From Prorocentrum cordatum (lineage: Eukaryota): DNA of 64,000 bases. The notes under the pieces were generated by a model. It was not told the DNA's origin. It saw only the letters and a program-made list of their open reading frames with translations, and did not search any database. The stretch is from positions 1-64,000 of the forward strand of contig CAUYUJ010000124.1 of assembly GCA_963575745.1 (NCBI GenBank), written 5' to 3'. The position numbers and the translations under genes were made by a program. How positions within the stretch are numbered: position 1 is the first letter of the stretch; each line of letters starts with the position of its first letter. Below are positions 1 through 13,117 of the stretch, in pieces.

Positions 1-115
1 CCTCCTCCTCCTCCTCTTCCTCTTCCTCCTCCTCCTACTCCTACTCCTCCTCCTTCTCCTCCTCCTCCTCCTCCTCCTCCTCCTCCCTTTTCTTGCTCCT
101 CCTCCTCCTCCCTCT
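1..115 (+). repeat. (CCT)n microsatellite
   Basis: Imperfect CCT/CTC trinucleotide run at the window start. Confidence 0.95.
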
Positions 116-2054
116 CCCATTGCGATTCCTCCCGTTGTTCCTCCCCCAGTGCAGCGCTCTGCCCAAAGCCCTCCGCCGGCCGCCCCCGGGCTTCCCCGGC
201 GCCACCTCCGGGAGGAAGCAGGGCTTGCCCAAGCCTCGGCGGTGGAGGCGTGAGCGCGGACGGGCCGAAAAGGCGGGCTGGGGGGGGGGGGGACGCGGAG
301 GCGTCAGAGGCCCCCATGGGTCTGGAGGTAGGAGAAGGGTTCGGCGTAAAGAAGTGTAGCGCCAGTGCGGAACCTGTGGATGTTAGCATATCCATGTCCC
401 CTGTCATGCCACACCCGTCGAATGCCTCCAGAATGGGCTGTGACGGTTCTGGGTGATGCAAACAAACATCATGGGGCCCGGGGCGTCTCGGAGAAACAAA
501 GCAGAGGGAGGGGTGGAAGGAGGACGGGGGAGGGAAGAAGCGGATGGTGGCGGGAGGAGGTGAAACGACGAACGCAGGAAAAGGGACGACTGTGGGAAAA
601 TCGACGCTGGAGGAAAAGGGAAAAAGGACTCCATCCAAATTATGTGTATCCTCCTTTTTTCCTCCTCCGTTTTCTCCTCCACCCCCTACCCACCTTCCCC
701 CGTTATTCCTAACTTCCCCTCACTGACGCATTCGCCGCTTTAGGACGTTTGTGTCGGCCCCGAACACGAGGGGTCGGGCAGCGCCACCTCCACAAGTGAG
801 GACCAAGAGGGAGAGAAACAGGAAAGCAGGACCACGAGGGCGAAGCTGAGATATGCATGCATTGCCCACGATGACGCCGACAGGGAGGAGGGGGGAGGCA
901 GAGGCCACAGGCCAGGAGCCAGGGGGAAGGAAGAGGCAGGAAGGAGAACGGAGAAGATGGCCTCGATGAGTGATAATAGCGGTGCGATGGCTGTCCACGG
1001 GGCAGGGGATGACAGCTGTGCCTCTATCGCGGGTGGCGGATCCAGGGGCCCTGGCGCAGGGCCCCTGCCACTCCCAGGAAATTGATACCCAAGGGTGGCG
1101 GGTGGATTGTACAAAATCGGCCGAGCGCCTGAACCCAAATCGCTACAGACGCCGGGCAAAGAGCACGATTCACTTACGCGTTGGGACACGGGGGCGCATG
1201 CTCGATGAGCCCGTGCGACGGGTGCAAAAGCGGGGCATGGGATGGCGGAGACTCCCCTTTTTCACGAGCGGCGGATCTGAGGGCCCCCCCGGCGCAGGGC
1301 CCCTGCCACTCCCAGGAACTCAATGGCCCCCCACGCAGTGGGAGCGAGGCACCAGGAAGGAAAGGAGACCCCGAGGTGAGGAAGCGGACCCTCCCCCCCC
1401 CCCCCCCCCCCCTGCCCCCCCCACCCCCCCTTGGACGCTGCGAGCGCCCGGGGCCTCCCACGCCGCGGACTAGCCCCCCCCCCCCCCCTTTACCCGACCC
1501 CGCGGGGGGCGCCGCCCGCCCCAGGCGGGGCGCCGCCCACCCCAGGCGGGCAGCCAGGGCAAGGCAGGCCACCTAGGCCGAGGGGGGAGGCCCGCCTCAC
1601 CTCGCCCACTTGCAACGCCCACGCCGAACCGCACGCGCGCAAGAGCGCAGCGCGGGCGCGGCCTCGAAGCCCCACCCGCCCCCCACAAGGCCCGCCGCGA
1701 TCGGGGCGCCCCTTCCGCCCTGGAGCCCCACCCCCGCCCGCAGAGGAAGAATGGGGCGCACAGGCAGGAAGGGGGCAGGGGGGCCCCCGCTGCGGCGGCG
1801 CCCGCCGGAGGGTGGGGGTTCAATTGACTATCCCGAAGGCCCGCCATCACCCCGCGGTCGAGCCCCCGCAGCGACGGGTCGCGCGGGACCCCGACCCGAC
1901 GCTGCCGACGCTCTTCGCAATCCAACTCCGCGCGCACGACGTCGCGGTCGGGCCCGCGCCCCGAAGGGTCGAGCGGGACCCCGACGCTGCTGACGCCCGT
2001 CTCAATCGGGCTCCGCCTGTACGACGCTGTCTCGGGCGTACCCGAGCGGAGCTG

Positions 2055-2700
2055 TCACCGCGGCTCCGGTCGCACACGTCGCCGGCGGTGCCCGCGGGGG
2101 CCCCCCGCTGCGGCCGCCCTCTCCTCGACGATCGCGCCGAATAAGTCCTGGGGGGCCTGCATCACCTCGTCGAGCACGTGCCACTTCAGATCCGCGGCCG
2201 CCACGTGAATCCTGAGGGGCTCGTCAGAATCTGTCGCCTGCACGTTGCCCAGGTCGCGCGCTTCCTCATTCTCCTCGCGCGGGGGCCAGTCCAAACCCAG
2301 CGCCATCTCGCGCGTCCTCGGCTCCTCCGAGAGATCGATGAGGAGAACCGTCAAAGGCCACTTGGTCGACGCGCCGCTGGACACCGCGGGCGCCCCCCAG
2401 GTTGTCACGCGACCCCGCCGTCTTGACGCCCGCCCTTTGGCGGGGCCCCTCGGGCCTCGAGAAGAGCATCACGCGGAAGATCGCGCCGAGGGGCCCCCGC
2501 GCCGCAATGGCCCTGCTCGGGCTGGCTGCCTTGGCCCACGCCCATGGAAACCAGACCACCCCCACCTCCGGCGCGCACGAGCGGGCTCCTCAGGCGCCAA
2601 TTCCAGGCGGCACTAGCCTAGCAGCCTATCCGGCAGCGCCCCACCTCTGCCTTCGCGCCCAAACGGAAATGCCCAGCGCTCTCGGTCTCGAACATAATGG
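2055..2700 (-). pseudogene. Retrotransposon RNase H domain (DIRS-like), frameshifted
   Basis: Fragments FRLGAKAE..CRIG, WFPWAWAKAASPSRAIAARGPLG and STKWPLTVLLIDLSEE...LDWPPREENEEARDLGN match the D-A / IA.LE / W.PRE.N..AD layout of DIRS RNase H. Several catalytic acidic residues are lost. Confidence 0.75.
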
Positions 2701-4900
2701 GCACATGCAGTCTCCGCCCTCCAGCCAGCCACTTGCCCATCCACGTCAGCGCGAGCCCGACCGCCCAGGGCAAGGAGACCTTCCCCTTGACTGCCCTCAC
2801 GACGCGGACGAGCCAGGCGCGCGCGAGCCCCTCGAACGGCTTCTCCCAGACGAAGACCATCGCTGCAAAGCCCGGGCGCCCCACGCCCGACGCAATCTCG
2901 CACGCGCGGACAGCGCGGCGCCCGACCATCTCCAGGCACCAGTCTGTCACTCACTTGGCCCTCGCCTTCCAGAGGCCCACGATGTTGGTGACGCAATCGC
3001 AGCGGCGGCCAATCCAATCCACCCCGAGGCCACCCCGCGCCTTGGCTCTCTGCACTGGGAAGTCGAAGACGCTGAGAAGGATGACCATGAAGGGGGCGGT
3101 CAATCTCCCGCGGCGCCCTAAGCCGATCGCCCCCAGTCCGTCGGCAAAGGCAAGCTGCCCCACGGGCCCGTCGCTGCGCAGCAAGCAGAAGATCGCCCGC
3201 AGCACGGCGCCGAACAGCCTAGCCCACCCCTCCGGAGGCACCGAAGGTGTTGCAGCACATCTCGCCAACAAACTCGCAGGCCAACATTCCCAACTCGCCC
3301 CCGCTGATCCCGATGAGGCGGTGACGAGCGAAGAGATCAATGCGCGCCATGTTCCGCAGCACCTCGCAAGGTAATTATTATCTGGGGGCCTCGACCGGCG
3401 GCTCCTCCATCTCATCGTTCACAGCGCCTTCGCCCGCGCCGTCGTGCACGAGTCGTTTCTTGCCGCTCGCGCTCTCTAGGACCGACAACGCTGCCATGGC
3501 ACAGTTGCCGTGGAAGCGGCTGCGCAGCTGCCCCATGGATATCTTGACCATCCTGCGCGACGTCACCTCGTCCGCCGAGCGTCCCCGAAGCCAGCCGCCG
3601 CGGTCCACCGAGCTGCTGTAGTTGGCTGATTCTGGGGCGGCGCAGCTGCCCGCCCCCTGGTCGAGGCGCGACTCCGCGAGCTCCTCGAAGAGCACTTCCT
3701 GCCGGGGCATCTCGCACAAGATACTCGCTGTGACCCCTGCCCCCCGCCCGCGCATCAAATATGTTTCTGGGCCCCATAATCCGCGCAGGAATGCGGCTGG
3801 CAGGCGGCTGCCCCGCTGCGACGCGGCACACGTCGTCGCCGTAGCCCACTCGGCCCCCTGCTCAAAGCCAGCCTTCGAGGACCCTTCTGGCGGCCTCGAA
3901 GATCTCCATCTTAACGAGGTATGATGGCTTGCTCGGGCCGGCCCTGGCCGGGCCCGCCTGGCCCGCCAGCTCGCGCGGGGCGCGCCCCCCCGCTGTCCAG
4001 CCGCCCAGCTACCCCATGGCCTGCGCGATCTTCTCGAAGAGCTCGGTCCTACAGACGGGCCAATTTGGGGATTCCCATAGGTCCTGGCCCCAACGGCCAA
4101 GCGAAAGAGGGACCTCGCCGTCGCGGAAGCCTTTCGGGCCCTCTATAAACTCGCAGCTGCGTGGCGGCCCCGCGCCTCCGAAGTGGCCAGGAGGCCTCGA
4201 GGGCGCGCGCTCCTTTCCTGCTCGACACGCTGCGACGACGGCGTCCGCATGGCAGTCGGAACGCGGGTCGCAGCGACACCTGGGACGCTGCCGTCGAGTT
4301 CCGAAAGCGCCACGCCCAGGTCTGTCCGCGTCGGGAGCCAGCACGCAAAGGCCGCGATGGCGCCGTCCCTGCCAAAGCGCTCGACGAACAAGGGATTGCC
4401 CAATGTGCTCGACGGGGCATTCTTGCTACTGCCCCTGCCGATGTAGACATCGCCTTCGCAGAGCGGGCCGCTCTCCGCGGGGCGGGGGGCCTCCTCGGCG
4501 CCCCCGAGCGCCTAGCCTGCACCGCGTGGGCGACCCTTCTCGGCGCCCCCGAGCCCCCGCCCTGCACCGCGCACGAGCTCACCGAGCGGCTTCAGGTGGG
4601 ATCCCCCCCACGTTGGGGCGGTGAGCCGCTCGGCCAATTGGCCGATGCCCTGCGCCATCCACCAGCATAGTTGCGGGGGCCAAGCCGCGGCGCCTGCGGT
4701 CTTGAACGGGGTGTCGCCCCTGCTGCGCCCCAGCGATTTAAATCCTGCAGGGAGCGGCAGCAGCGGCCCCAGGGACTCGCCGTTCGCGTCTGAGTCTGCG
4801 TCTGCGCCCGGAGGCCGACCGATGAGGCGCGACGGCTTTGGGCACGGCGTGCCAAAGATGCCCCGGTGGAAGGCCGCGGCTTGGAGACCCGCCGCGGCCC
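2700..4900 (-). pseudogene. Reverse transcriptase and N-terminal pol region, disrupted
   Basis: Motifs NYSS, AALSVLE..GKKRLVHDG...VN (~3380-3620), ARIDLFARHRLIGI...LAC...NTFG (3242-3349, my own translation), WARLFGAVLR, LAFADG (degenerate YxDD) and KARGGLGVDWIG. Upstream are G.GPP...F.DG..LSLGRW and FG.P..KPSRL...AAAWPPQLC blocks. Confidence 0.75.
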
Positions 4901-5184
4901 GCGTCGCGGAGGCGGCTCGCTTAGCACCACGGAGGGCGCGGGCTCCCCCGGCAGCACGGAGCGCCTCGACCCCCGGGGGGTCGGTTGCGCGGGGCCGCTG
5001 GCCCTGCGCCCGCTGGCAGCGCCAGCGGGGGGCGCGGCCCCCTGGCCCTGCGCCGACGCCGCCGAGGCCCCGGCGCCAGCGCCGCATGCCACGGCCGCCC
5101 CCCCCCTCGGCGCGCCCTGGATTGGAATGGGCGCCGCGGGGACTCTGGCGAGAGCCTCCACCCGCGAGTCGGCCCCGCGGGCGG

Positions 5185-6365
5185 CCCCCTTGCACTCGCG
5201 TCGCGGGTGGCCTCGCGCAAGGCAGAGCGAGCACACGCGGTGGAAACGGCGTTTCTCCGGGCCACACCTGGCCACATTGGAATTGCGCGCGGCGCAGATC
5301 TTCCCGCCGCCCGGCGCCTGGCCCTGGCCGTTCGCGCACTGGCACGGCCTGCCCTGACAAGGCGCGGCCTGGCACGCGCCGCGCCGGCCCCCGTTGCCCG
5401 CGCCGCCCTCGCCTGCTTCCTTCGGCAGACTGTCGCGGAGTGTCCGCGCCCGCAACTACGGCGGCTGCGACTGCTGCGGCGTCTGGGGTCAATGGCGCGC
5501 CGCCAGGAAGGCAGAGGCCAGCGGCGTCGCGACGTAGCGCCCCTCGGCCACTGGACCTTCGGTCGCCCGCTGGGGCGCTGCGCGAAACCGCGGGCGGGCT
5601 TGCTGCAGCGGCTGCCAGGTCCCCGCGCGGATGCAATGCAGCCCGAGCAGGTGATCCAAATACGACTGGAACGGTCGTGGGCTGCAGCCTCGCAGCTCCT
5701 GCCCGCCGGCGCGGCACTGGCCGAGCACGAGGGTCCGCGCGCTCATCAGCCCGATGCACTTTCGCAGCGCCCCTGGGCCCAGCGGAGGTTCGACCTCGAC
5801 GGCCGCCGCCCCCTGGAACTACATTGCCCCTGAGCTGGACCAAAACTGGCGCCAGGAGGTCGCGATCCTCGACTTCCTCGGCTGAGCAGATCAACGCAGG
5901 CGCCTCTGCCATGATGTCACTGCGCTCGATGTCAGTCTGCCTGGCCTCGAGGTAAGAAGCTGCTGGTACCTGGTCATCCTCGAGATTCCAATGGGCCCCC
6001 ATCGAACGCCCGCTTCGTCGGTCGGTGGTCGGCGACGCTCAGCGGTCGCCGTCCATCTTGCGCTGCCGCTGCTGCTGGATCCTCGCGCGCGCCGCCTGCC
6101 AGGCGCGCAACAGCGCTGCGACCTACCCTGGTCGACGCGTCGAAGGCGCGCTGCTCTCCGGTGATATCCCTGACCTCCCGGCACGAGTTCATTCGAGCGG
6201 AGAACTTGCCCGGGTTCGCCATGCCATAGACGCGCTGCGCCTGCGCGCCCAGCGACACGCCCTCTTTTGCGAAAAAGATTAGTCCGAGCTCGGCAATGCG
6301 AGCGCGCGCCCGCAGCGGCACGCCGTCGAGCCGCCCCTCGATCGCGGGTCGCGATGGCGACGCCG
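5185..6365 (-). pseudogene. Gag-like ORF with C-terminal Cys/His zinc-knuckle, frameshifted
   Basis: Lies upstream of pol. Fragments LGLIFFAKEGV, LEDDQVPAASYLE..IE, FQSYLDHLLG and KICAARNS..C....RFHRVCSLCLARGHPRREC (5190-5300). Confidence 0.6.
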
Positions 6366-6599
6366 AGGACGGGCCACAGGAGCCCATACTAGCCTCGGTC
6401 CTGACTGCGCGGGGCGGCTTGAGCAAAGGGCCCCCGATCGCGCTGCAATCCAGCAGGCCCGACCCAGCAAAGGAGAGGACGCGCCGCGCGGCCCCGAAGC
6501 CCCACCCACCCCCCACAGGGCTAACCCCAACGCGAGGGACACCAATCCTCGTTTGGGACACAGATACCTTTTTAAAAAGTCAGCGGCGCAGAGGGCCCT

Positions 6600-7760
6600 C
6601 AGGCGCAAGCTGCAGGTGGAAGTGCTAACTGCGACCGAGCATTCTCGATAACGCAGCGCACAAGCGTCGCGCACTTGAACGTGCAAGCGATGAGTGGGCC
6701 AGGGGAACTGCACATCCAAAAGCACGCGCCGCTGGCAGGAAACGAGGAGAGCATTCAACTTAACGTAGATTGAAGCGCGACAACCAGAGGCTCACTGCGG
6801 CCACTGAATTGCCAAAGCGACGTTAGACAGTGAAGCGCAGAGAATAAACGCTGCCAAGCAAATTTGCGCAGCGGTCATATCAGCGACCCAGCGAAGCAGA
6901 TCGGCAGGGCGTCGACCAGAAGACCCGCGCCGCAATCTGGCCCAGAAGGCTCGGCAGCCCTGGCGTGCACGTAGACAATCGATCATGTGCACAACAATTT
7001 CCGGCCACAAAGCGCCGCGCGCGCAGGAGCCCTCGTCGCAGCGATTCGCCTGCACACATGTACAACCTCACCGTGTGGAGACGCGCACGCGGCCTGTGAT
7101 ACCGTCCAGCACCCGCTCCCGGCCCATGCAGGACCGCGCCATTGCCAGCGAGGGCGCATCCATCTCGCCGAGCAGCCGGAACAGGCGAGGCCTCCAGCGA
7201 GTCCACTCGCGGGCCTTGAACCACGACTCTCCCCAGCAGCGGCGCGGCACTTCCGCGCATAGCGGGTCCCTGCCATCGCGCCGGCCGCTGGCGGGGGAAC
7301 GGTCTCATGCCGTTCCTTCTCACACCACACCCCCTCACAAGGCTCACCACGACGTCCTCCAGCATGGTTTGCTCGGGGCGGCCGTGGAACGCACATAGCC
7401 CACCGCCTGGTTGACGAACTCCTACAGCGGGATCCGGGCCTCCACCGCACTGAGGACCGCGGCCGCTGCCACTCGCACGAACGTTTGCTCGAACGCAGGC
7501 CCGTCCGCCTGCATCGCCAGACGCGTGCCGAGGAGCCCATACCCATGCAGTACCTTGTCGGAAGCCTGGAAATTGGCACCAACACCAAGACAGAGGGTTG
7601 TGTCCACAGGGGGAAGATGATCCTAGATTTTCGGCGTTGGTGGTAATAGTTCGGCCACCTTGGAAGCCAGAATATTACCACCATCACCGACATCGGGATC
7701 TTCTTCCCCCGGTGGAGGCACACCGCCGAAATTGGTGTTGGTGTCAATCTCTAGGCCTAC
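6600..7760 (-). pseudogene. Possible decayed coding relic of unknown (probably TE) origin
   Basis: High-complexity sequence with protein-like minus-strand stretches interrupted by stops. No family motif recognised. Confidence 0.2.
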
Positions 7761-9253
7761 GACATTGCTGACACGCCGCCACGCGGCGTCGAAGACGCAC
7801 GGCCCAAGGGCAAGCATCTGCGCCCAACCGCTGCCCAAAATCGGCCGAGGGCCCGAGCCCAAACAGCCGCAGACGTCGGGCCGAGAGGAGGATGCACCTG
7901 CGTGTTGGCACACGGAAGCACGAGAGAAAGCGGGAAAGGACGGGAAAGGAGGGAGGGAAAGAAGGAGAACGAGGAAAAGGGGAAAGGGAGAAGGGAAGAG
8001 GGAGGAGGCAAGGGGGAAGGAGAAAACGACAAGCCAGGAGCCAAGAGCCGGCCACCGGGAGCCCCAAGGATGAAGGATGACTGAGTGAGGGTTGCGGATG
8101 CTGCAGGAAGTCTCCGCGCGGAGTGCTTCGTGTGGAAGGGTTTCTGACTATTCATTGGCTCGCATGCAAAAATACATGTGTATGTGCATATACATATGTA
8201 TATATACACATGTATGCACACATGTATATACGAGCACGCGCGCAAATATGCGCATACGCACAAACAACAAAACACAAGTCAACGCGCGGTAATACCAGAG
8301 GGCCCATCCAAGACCAATGAATACTTGAATGGAGCTGTTCCCATGCGATCGCTACATGAGGACCTGCGCAGTGCACGTCCGATGGGACCTGTTCTAGATG
8401 ACGCCGAAGGAGAGGAAAAGAAGTGTCAAGACAGAAGGACGACAGCGGGGAAGAGGCGGAAAGGGAGGAGGAGACAGAGGGCTAATATAAATACGAGGAG
8501 CGTGACAGCATGGGCAAAGACCAGCATCATGACCACGAGGGGACACAGGACGGCGGAGAGGACGAGGAGGAACGGCATGTGATCGGTGACAACGACATCG
8601 TTGTTGACATAAACCCATTGTAACAGCGACCCTTGGTTGAGGCTTACGTGAAGCCAACCTCGTGGCATCCCTCATCATGCGCCTCTCGATGCGTGAACTG
8701 ATAAATCTCGCCATCTCAGCGACCCACTGGGAGGGAGGGGGGGAGGAGGACGATGAGGAGGATGATGAGGAGGATGAGAGGGGCTGCTGGGGGACCTAGC
8801 TGTTATTGTAACCTCTGGAGGGTCCCTCCTTCTCTGCGCTGCGCGTTTCCTCGTGCTAGTTGCAGCTACCTGGTTTGATCAGCGGGGGGGCCTGTGGCCT
8901 TCTTGGGCCTTCTGGGCCAGAGCGGGTGGTATTTGGATTTCTCTTGGGCGGTCTTGGAGCCCCTTGCAGCCATCTTGACTTCGTGTTGAGACGAAGAGCC
9001 GACCATGCCAAACAGTTGGAAACAGCACAGGGGCTTAGACAGTTTCGGGCTATCCGGGACCCCCTGGGTGCTGCCAACTGCGCAACTGTCGCCACTTGCG
9101 TGAGGTCCTCGGGGTCCAACGGAAGGAAGGGCTATGCATATTAAAACAGGACCCCACCATCTCTGGGTGCTGGCAAGTGCTCAAACGTTGCCAGTTGTGT
9201 GAGAGGGCACACCTCGCTCGTCCCCCTCCCACTCTCGGCCTCCCCATCGTCCC

Positions 9254-9870
9254 CCTCCTCCTCCTTCTCCTCATCCTCCTCCTCCTCCTCCTCCTCCTCC
9301 TCCTCCTCCTCCTCCTCCTCCTCCTCCTCCTCCTCCTCCTCCTCCTCCTCCTCCTCTTCCCCCTCCTCCTCCTCCGCCTCCTTCTCCTCCTCCTCTCCCC
9401 TCCTGCTCCTCCTCTCTCCTCCTCCTCCACCTCCTCCTCCCTCCTCCCCTCCCTCCTCCTCCTCCTCTCCTCCACCTCCTCCTCCTCCTCCTCCTCCTCC
9501 TTCCTCCTCCCTCCTCCTCCTCCTCCTCCCCTCCTCCTCCTCCTCCTCCTCCATCCCTCTCCTCCTCCTCCTCCTCCTCCTCTCCTCCTCCCTCCTTCCT
9601 CTCCTCCTCCTCCTCCTCCACCTCCTCCTCCTCCTCCTCCTCCTCCTCCTCCTCGTCCCTCCTCCTCCTCCTCCTCTCCCCTCCTCCTACCTCCTTCTTC
9701 CTCCTCCTCACTCCTCCTCCTCCTCCTCATCCTCATCCTCATCCTCTTCCTCTTCCTCTTCCTCTTCCTCTCCGCCTCCTCCTCCTCCTCCCTCCTCCTC
9801 CTCCTCCTCCTCCTCCTCCTCCTCCTCCTCCTCCTCCTCCTCCTCCTCCGCCTTCTCCTCCCTTCCTCTT
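9254..9870 (+). repeat. (CCT)n microsatellite field
   Basis: About 600 bp of CCT repeats with interruptions. Confidence 0.95.
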
Positions 9871-10847
9871 CACGCTCCTCCCTCTGGCCGAGCTCCTTCT
9901 GCTCCTTCTCTCCGTCGCTGGGGGCGGCCGCGGACGAGGCTCAACAGTACAAATATCGGTCGCTTCACGCTGGTGGAAGGGACTTGCATGAGTGAAACGG
10001 GCGCTCGAGGAAACGGGTCCTGGAAGGTGTTGTGCGATCTCGGGCCCCCGGAGCTGTCCACGGGCCCTGGGAACCATCAAAAAAAGGGCTCGGGGTGAAA
10101 GCCCCTCGGTCCAGGATCCCTTTCCCTCGGGACTCTGTCCCCTCATAGCGAAGAGAGGCAGTCAGCAAGCGGCGGGGTGTCGGGCTTGACAAAGAAGTCG
10201 AGCAGCGCATCGTTCAAGTCCTGACGCGGCAACGTCGCGTACCAGGTGCCGATGTGCCACAAATCAAAAGCCGATTGGCGTCGCACATCAACTTTAAACG
10301 ATCAACTTGTATCAGGGCAGTCCCACCAGCACCCTAGCATTGGAAACGCGATTGCGAAGCATCCGGCGCGCTATTCCTTACGCGCGGCACGCAGCCACGA
10401 CCGTCAAATCGAGAGGTGAATGCGAACGTCGCAAACAAAAAACGGAAGATCCTTTGTCGAAGCGACCAATCACGAGAGCCGTCCGATACCACACAGCCTC
10501 TGCATCTCAGGAGTCTGCGAAACCGACCCTGAACACATCCGAGCCGCAAGATAGCCCCATGCGCCCGTCCTGGGACTTTCTTGAGAATCTCTGGGTACAT
10601 CTTGAAGCCCGGGGGGCCAGCCCAAGACAGTGTAAAACCTTCATGTTTGCATTCACGGTTGCCCCATTGTTTTGTCCACGACGGCCCACTGAAACTCCGA
10701 GGCCGTCCCGACATGGCCCCCAACCCCCCCCCAAAAAAAGAGCATGCCCTTAGGGGCCGAAAAACAGAACTCGAAGGGGTCCTGCAAGTCTGTAGGAGGC
10801 TCGACAGAGGCCGCAAGAGGCCCCAGGATGTCCCCCCGGATCGGCTA

Positions 10848-11018
10848 CACGCAGGAGTGACCCTGGGTAAGAGTGACCTCTGGTGCGCGGCTTTTTGGGA
10901 GCCGCGGGGGGACCAAACCTGGGCGCGCAGGCCGCTGCTCCTGCTTCGTTCTCAGCCACCTGAGGGCCCATCTGTGCCCGCACCAGAGGTCACTCCGGCG
11001 AAAGGTCACTCTTACGTC
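10848..11018. mobile_element. 171-bp MITE, TA-flanked
   Basis: The left end cacgcaggagtgacc...gagtgacctctggtgcg matches the reverse complement of the right end (gacgtaagagtgacc...gagtgacctctggtgcg). TA lies on both sides (10846-47, 11019-20). Confidence 0.7.
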
Positions 11019-11155
11019 TAGTCGACCGGTGAACACAAGACGCCTCCAGGAGGCCCCCGGTCCACAACCCAGGCACGGTGGCAGGATGGGCCGACGGCCC
11101 CTCGCTCCGCCCCTCCCCTCTGCTTGCAGAGGCGTGCACGGCGTGCAAAGGTTTA

Positions 11156-11331
11156 CAGTCGGGGCCTTGACCTAAGGAACCCGAAATAAGGAACGAGGCC
11201 CCTTTTCTCGGGAAGTTAAACTTCGGTTTCCGATCAAAAACATAAGGAAAACCTGAGGCGAGCTGTGAAACACTTAAGGAACACGGAGCCCCTCCCCAAC
11301 GAAAAGGGTTCCTTCTTCAGGGCCCCGACTG
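11156..11331. mobile_element. 176-bp Tc1/mariner-type MITE, TA target duplication
   Basis: TIRs cagtcggggccttga..aaggaaccc and gggttcctt..tcagggccccgactg, TA at 11154-55 and 11332-33, CAG...CTG termini. Confidence 0.8.
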
Positions 11332-11399
11332 TACCCCTTCCTGGGCCCTTCCACAGGGATGCCAAGGGGGTCTCGGCTCTCCCCGCCGGCCCACCAGAA

Positions 11400-11830
11400 G
11401 ACCACCAAAAATCCCGAAGCCTCGCCCCCCTATTGCCTCGAGGGTCAAGCATAGCCTGCAAAAAACGGTCCCAGATGGCCCCCAGGACGGCACCAAAGGA
11501 GCCCAAAATGGCCCCAAGATGCCCCCAAGACCGCCCAAGATGGACTCGGGACGGCCGAGGGACCCAAGACGGCCCGAGACGCCCCCGATACAGCCAAAGA
11601 GGGTTCAAGAAGCTCTCCGGGAGGGCCCGAGGAGGCCAGAATCACTGTTTGACCTTGGGCGTTTCAATAATTGTGGCCCCCGGAACAGCCCAAGAGGGCT
11701 CTAAGAGGCTTTCCAGGAAGACCCGAAAAATCTAAAGCCACTGTTTGAACTTAGGCTTTGAATCATGTTCGCGGTCTCGCCCTGGAAGGCTTGCGACGGG
11801 CCAAGACGGCCACAGAGGCCCCGAAGATTA
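11400..11830 (+). repeat. Dispersed 'ccaagacggccc'-rich repeat
   Basis: Degenerate GGCCCCAAGA/CCAAGACGG motifs. Related segments occur at 20450-21240, 24580-25270 and 55200-55740, and inverted at 28870-29030. Confidence 0.6.
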
Positions 11831-12274
11831 CCCGAAGATTGCCCGGCGACAGCGGGGATGCCAGCGGTGCCGATGTCGTCGGGATGTATATAATGTCATT
11901 CGGCATGACAAACGCCTTTGCACGGCAGGGAACGCACGGGGACCTGCGAAAACCGCAATGCATCCGTCCGAAACTCCGGCAGATCACGATCAGCCATTCG
12001 GAAATTCGAGCGAGAACAGCGATGCGATGCCGGTGTGGAAAAGACTTCAACAGGAGAGCAGCGGAAATCTCGGAAGATGCCGAGAAACGTCGAAGAAACC
12101 GCCGGAAACCTCGTCGGAAACTTTCCGTTCGAGGAAACCCCCAGCAGAATCCACAGGTTCTGGTTTCTCGGTGGAGCAGACAATACCTCTACGAAGTAAG
12201 GGCGGGGTGCCCCCTCGCGAGTGCCCGAGGCGCTCGGGCTCTCCGCCCCGTCCCCGCGCGCGCCAGCGCCGCAG

Positions 12275-12356
12275 ATTGGACGCGGACCGCCGGGACGAGG
12301 GCCACCGACTCGCGCTGCGTGGAGAGCGGGGTGCCCTTCTCGCCGCCTGGGACGAG
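12275..12356 (+). CDS. Candidate short exon of an unidentified host gene
   Basis: cgcag acceptor and GAG|gcaag GC-donor; reads LDADRRDEGHRLALRGERGALLAAWDE. An alternative minus-strand exon (12401-12464) is also possible. Confidence 0.25.
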
Positions 12357-13117
12357 GCAAGCGCGCTCCATTCCTCGCAGAGTAGCTCCTCGCAGCTGGC
12401 CTGGATCCACTGCGTCGAAGCCAACAGGCTCCATCGCATCGAGCAGCACTCGCTCCCTGGACGCCTGCGGGCAGGCCTTCTGCGAGCAGTGGCACGCAGC
12501 TCGGCGAGGCACCCTGCGGCTCCGCCCGCCAGGCCCGCGCCGCCTCCCAGAGCCTCGCTGGGGGGCGGCTCGCCCGCGCCGTCCCTCCGTCGTCGTCGGC
12601 CGCCGTCTGCTGGTGGCTGCCGCCGGCCGCCATCGCCGGCGCCGTCGCCACCACCGCCAGCAACCGCGTCGCTCATCATCGCTGGCATCGTCAGCTCCGC
12701 CCTCGTGGCCGTCGCCCCCGTCGCCGTCGCCTTCCGCCCCCAATTCCCTCGCCTGCATATCTTCGTCACCACCGTCGCCATCGCCGTCGTCATGGCCGCG
12801 GCCTCCGTCGTCGCCGAGCACGGTCGAGCCAGAAAACCGAATGCCAGGGCCAGATTCACAAGTGCCGCCCACCCTCCCCCGTGCGCTTGCGCACCAGACG
12901 GAGAACCAACCGAAAATCGGAAACAGAAATCCGTCCCTGTCTGACAAGGGCCCCACGGCGGTCCCAGAGACGGTCCGAAAGCGCTCCATGAGGGCCCGAA
13001 GACGGCCCACTGTCGCCCCCAAGAGCAAACGAAGACGAAGCAGCCTCTTTTTAGCCCCAAGAAGCGCCCAAGAAGCCCGCAAGAGGCCCTATGGGGCCTA
13101 CAAAGTCCCTCGAAGGC

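Larger units (their letters stand above)
1040..6560 (-). mobile_element. Decayed DIRS-like (YR-class) retrotransposon: gag, then pol (RT, RNase H)
   Basis: Collinear minus-strand fragments resemble gag (with a terminal Cys/His knuckle), RT and DIRS-type RNase H, broken by stops and frameshifts. A ~34-bp direct repeat lies near both ends (1658-1691 vs 6488-6521). Boundaries are approximate. Confidence 0.75.
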
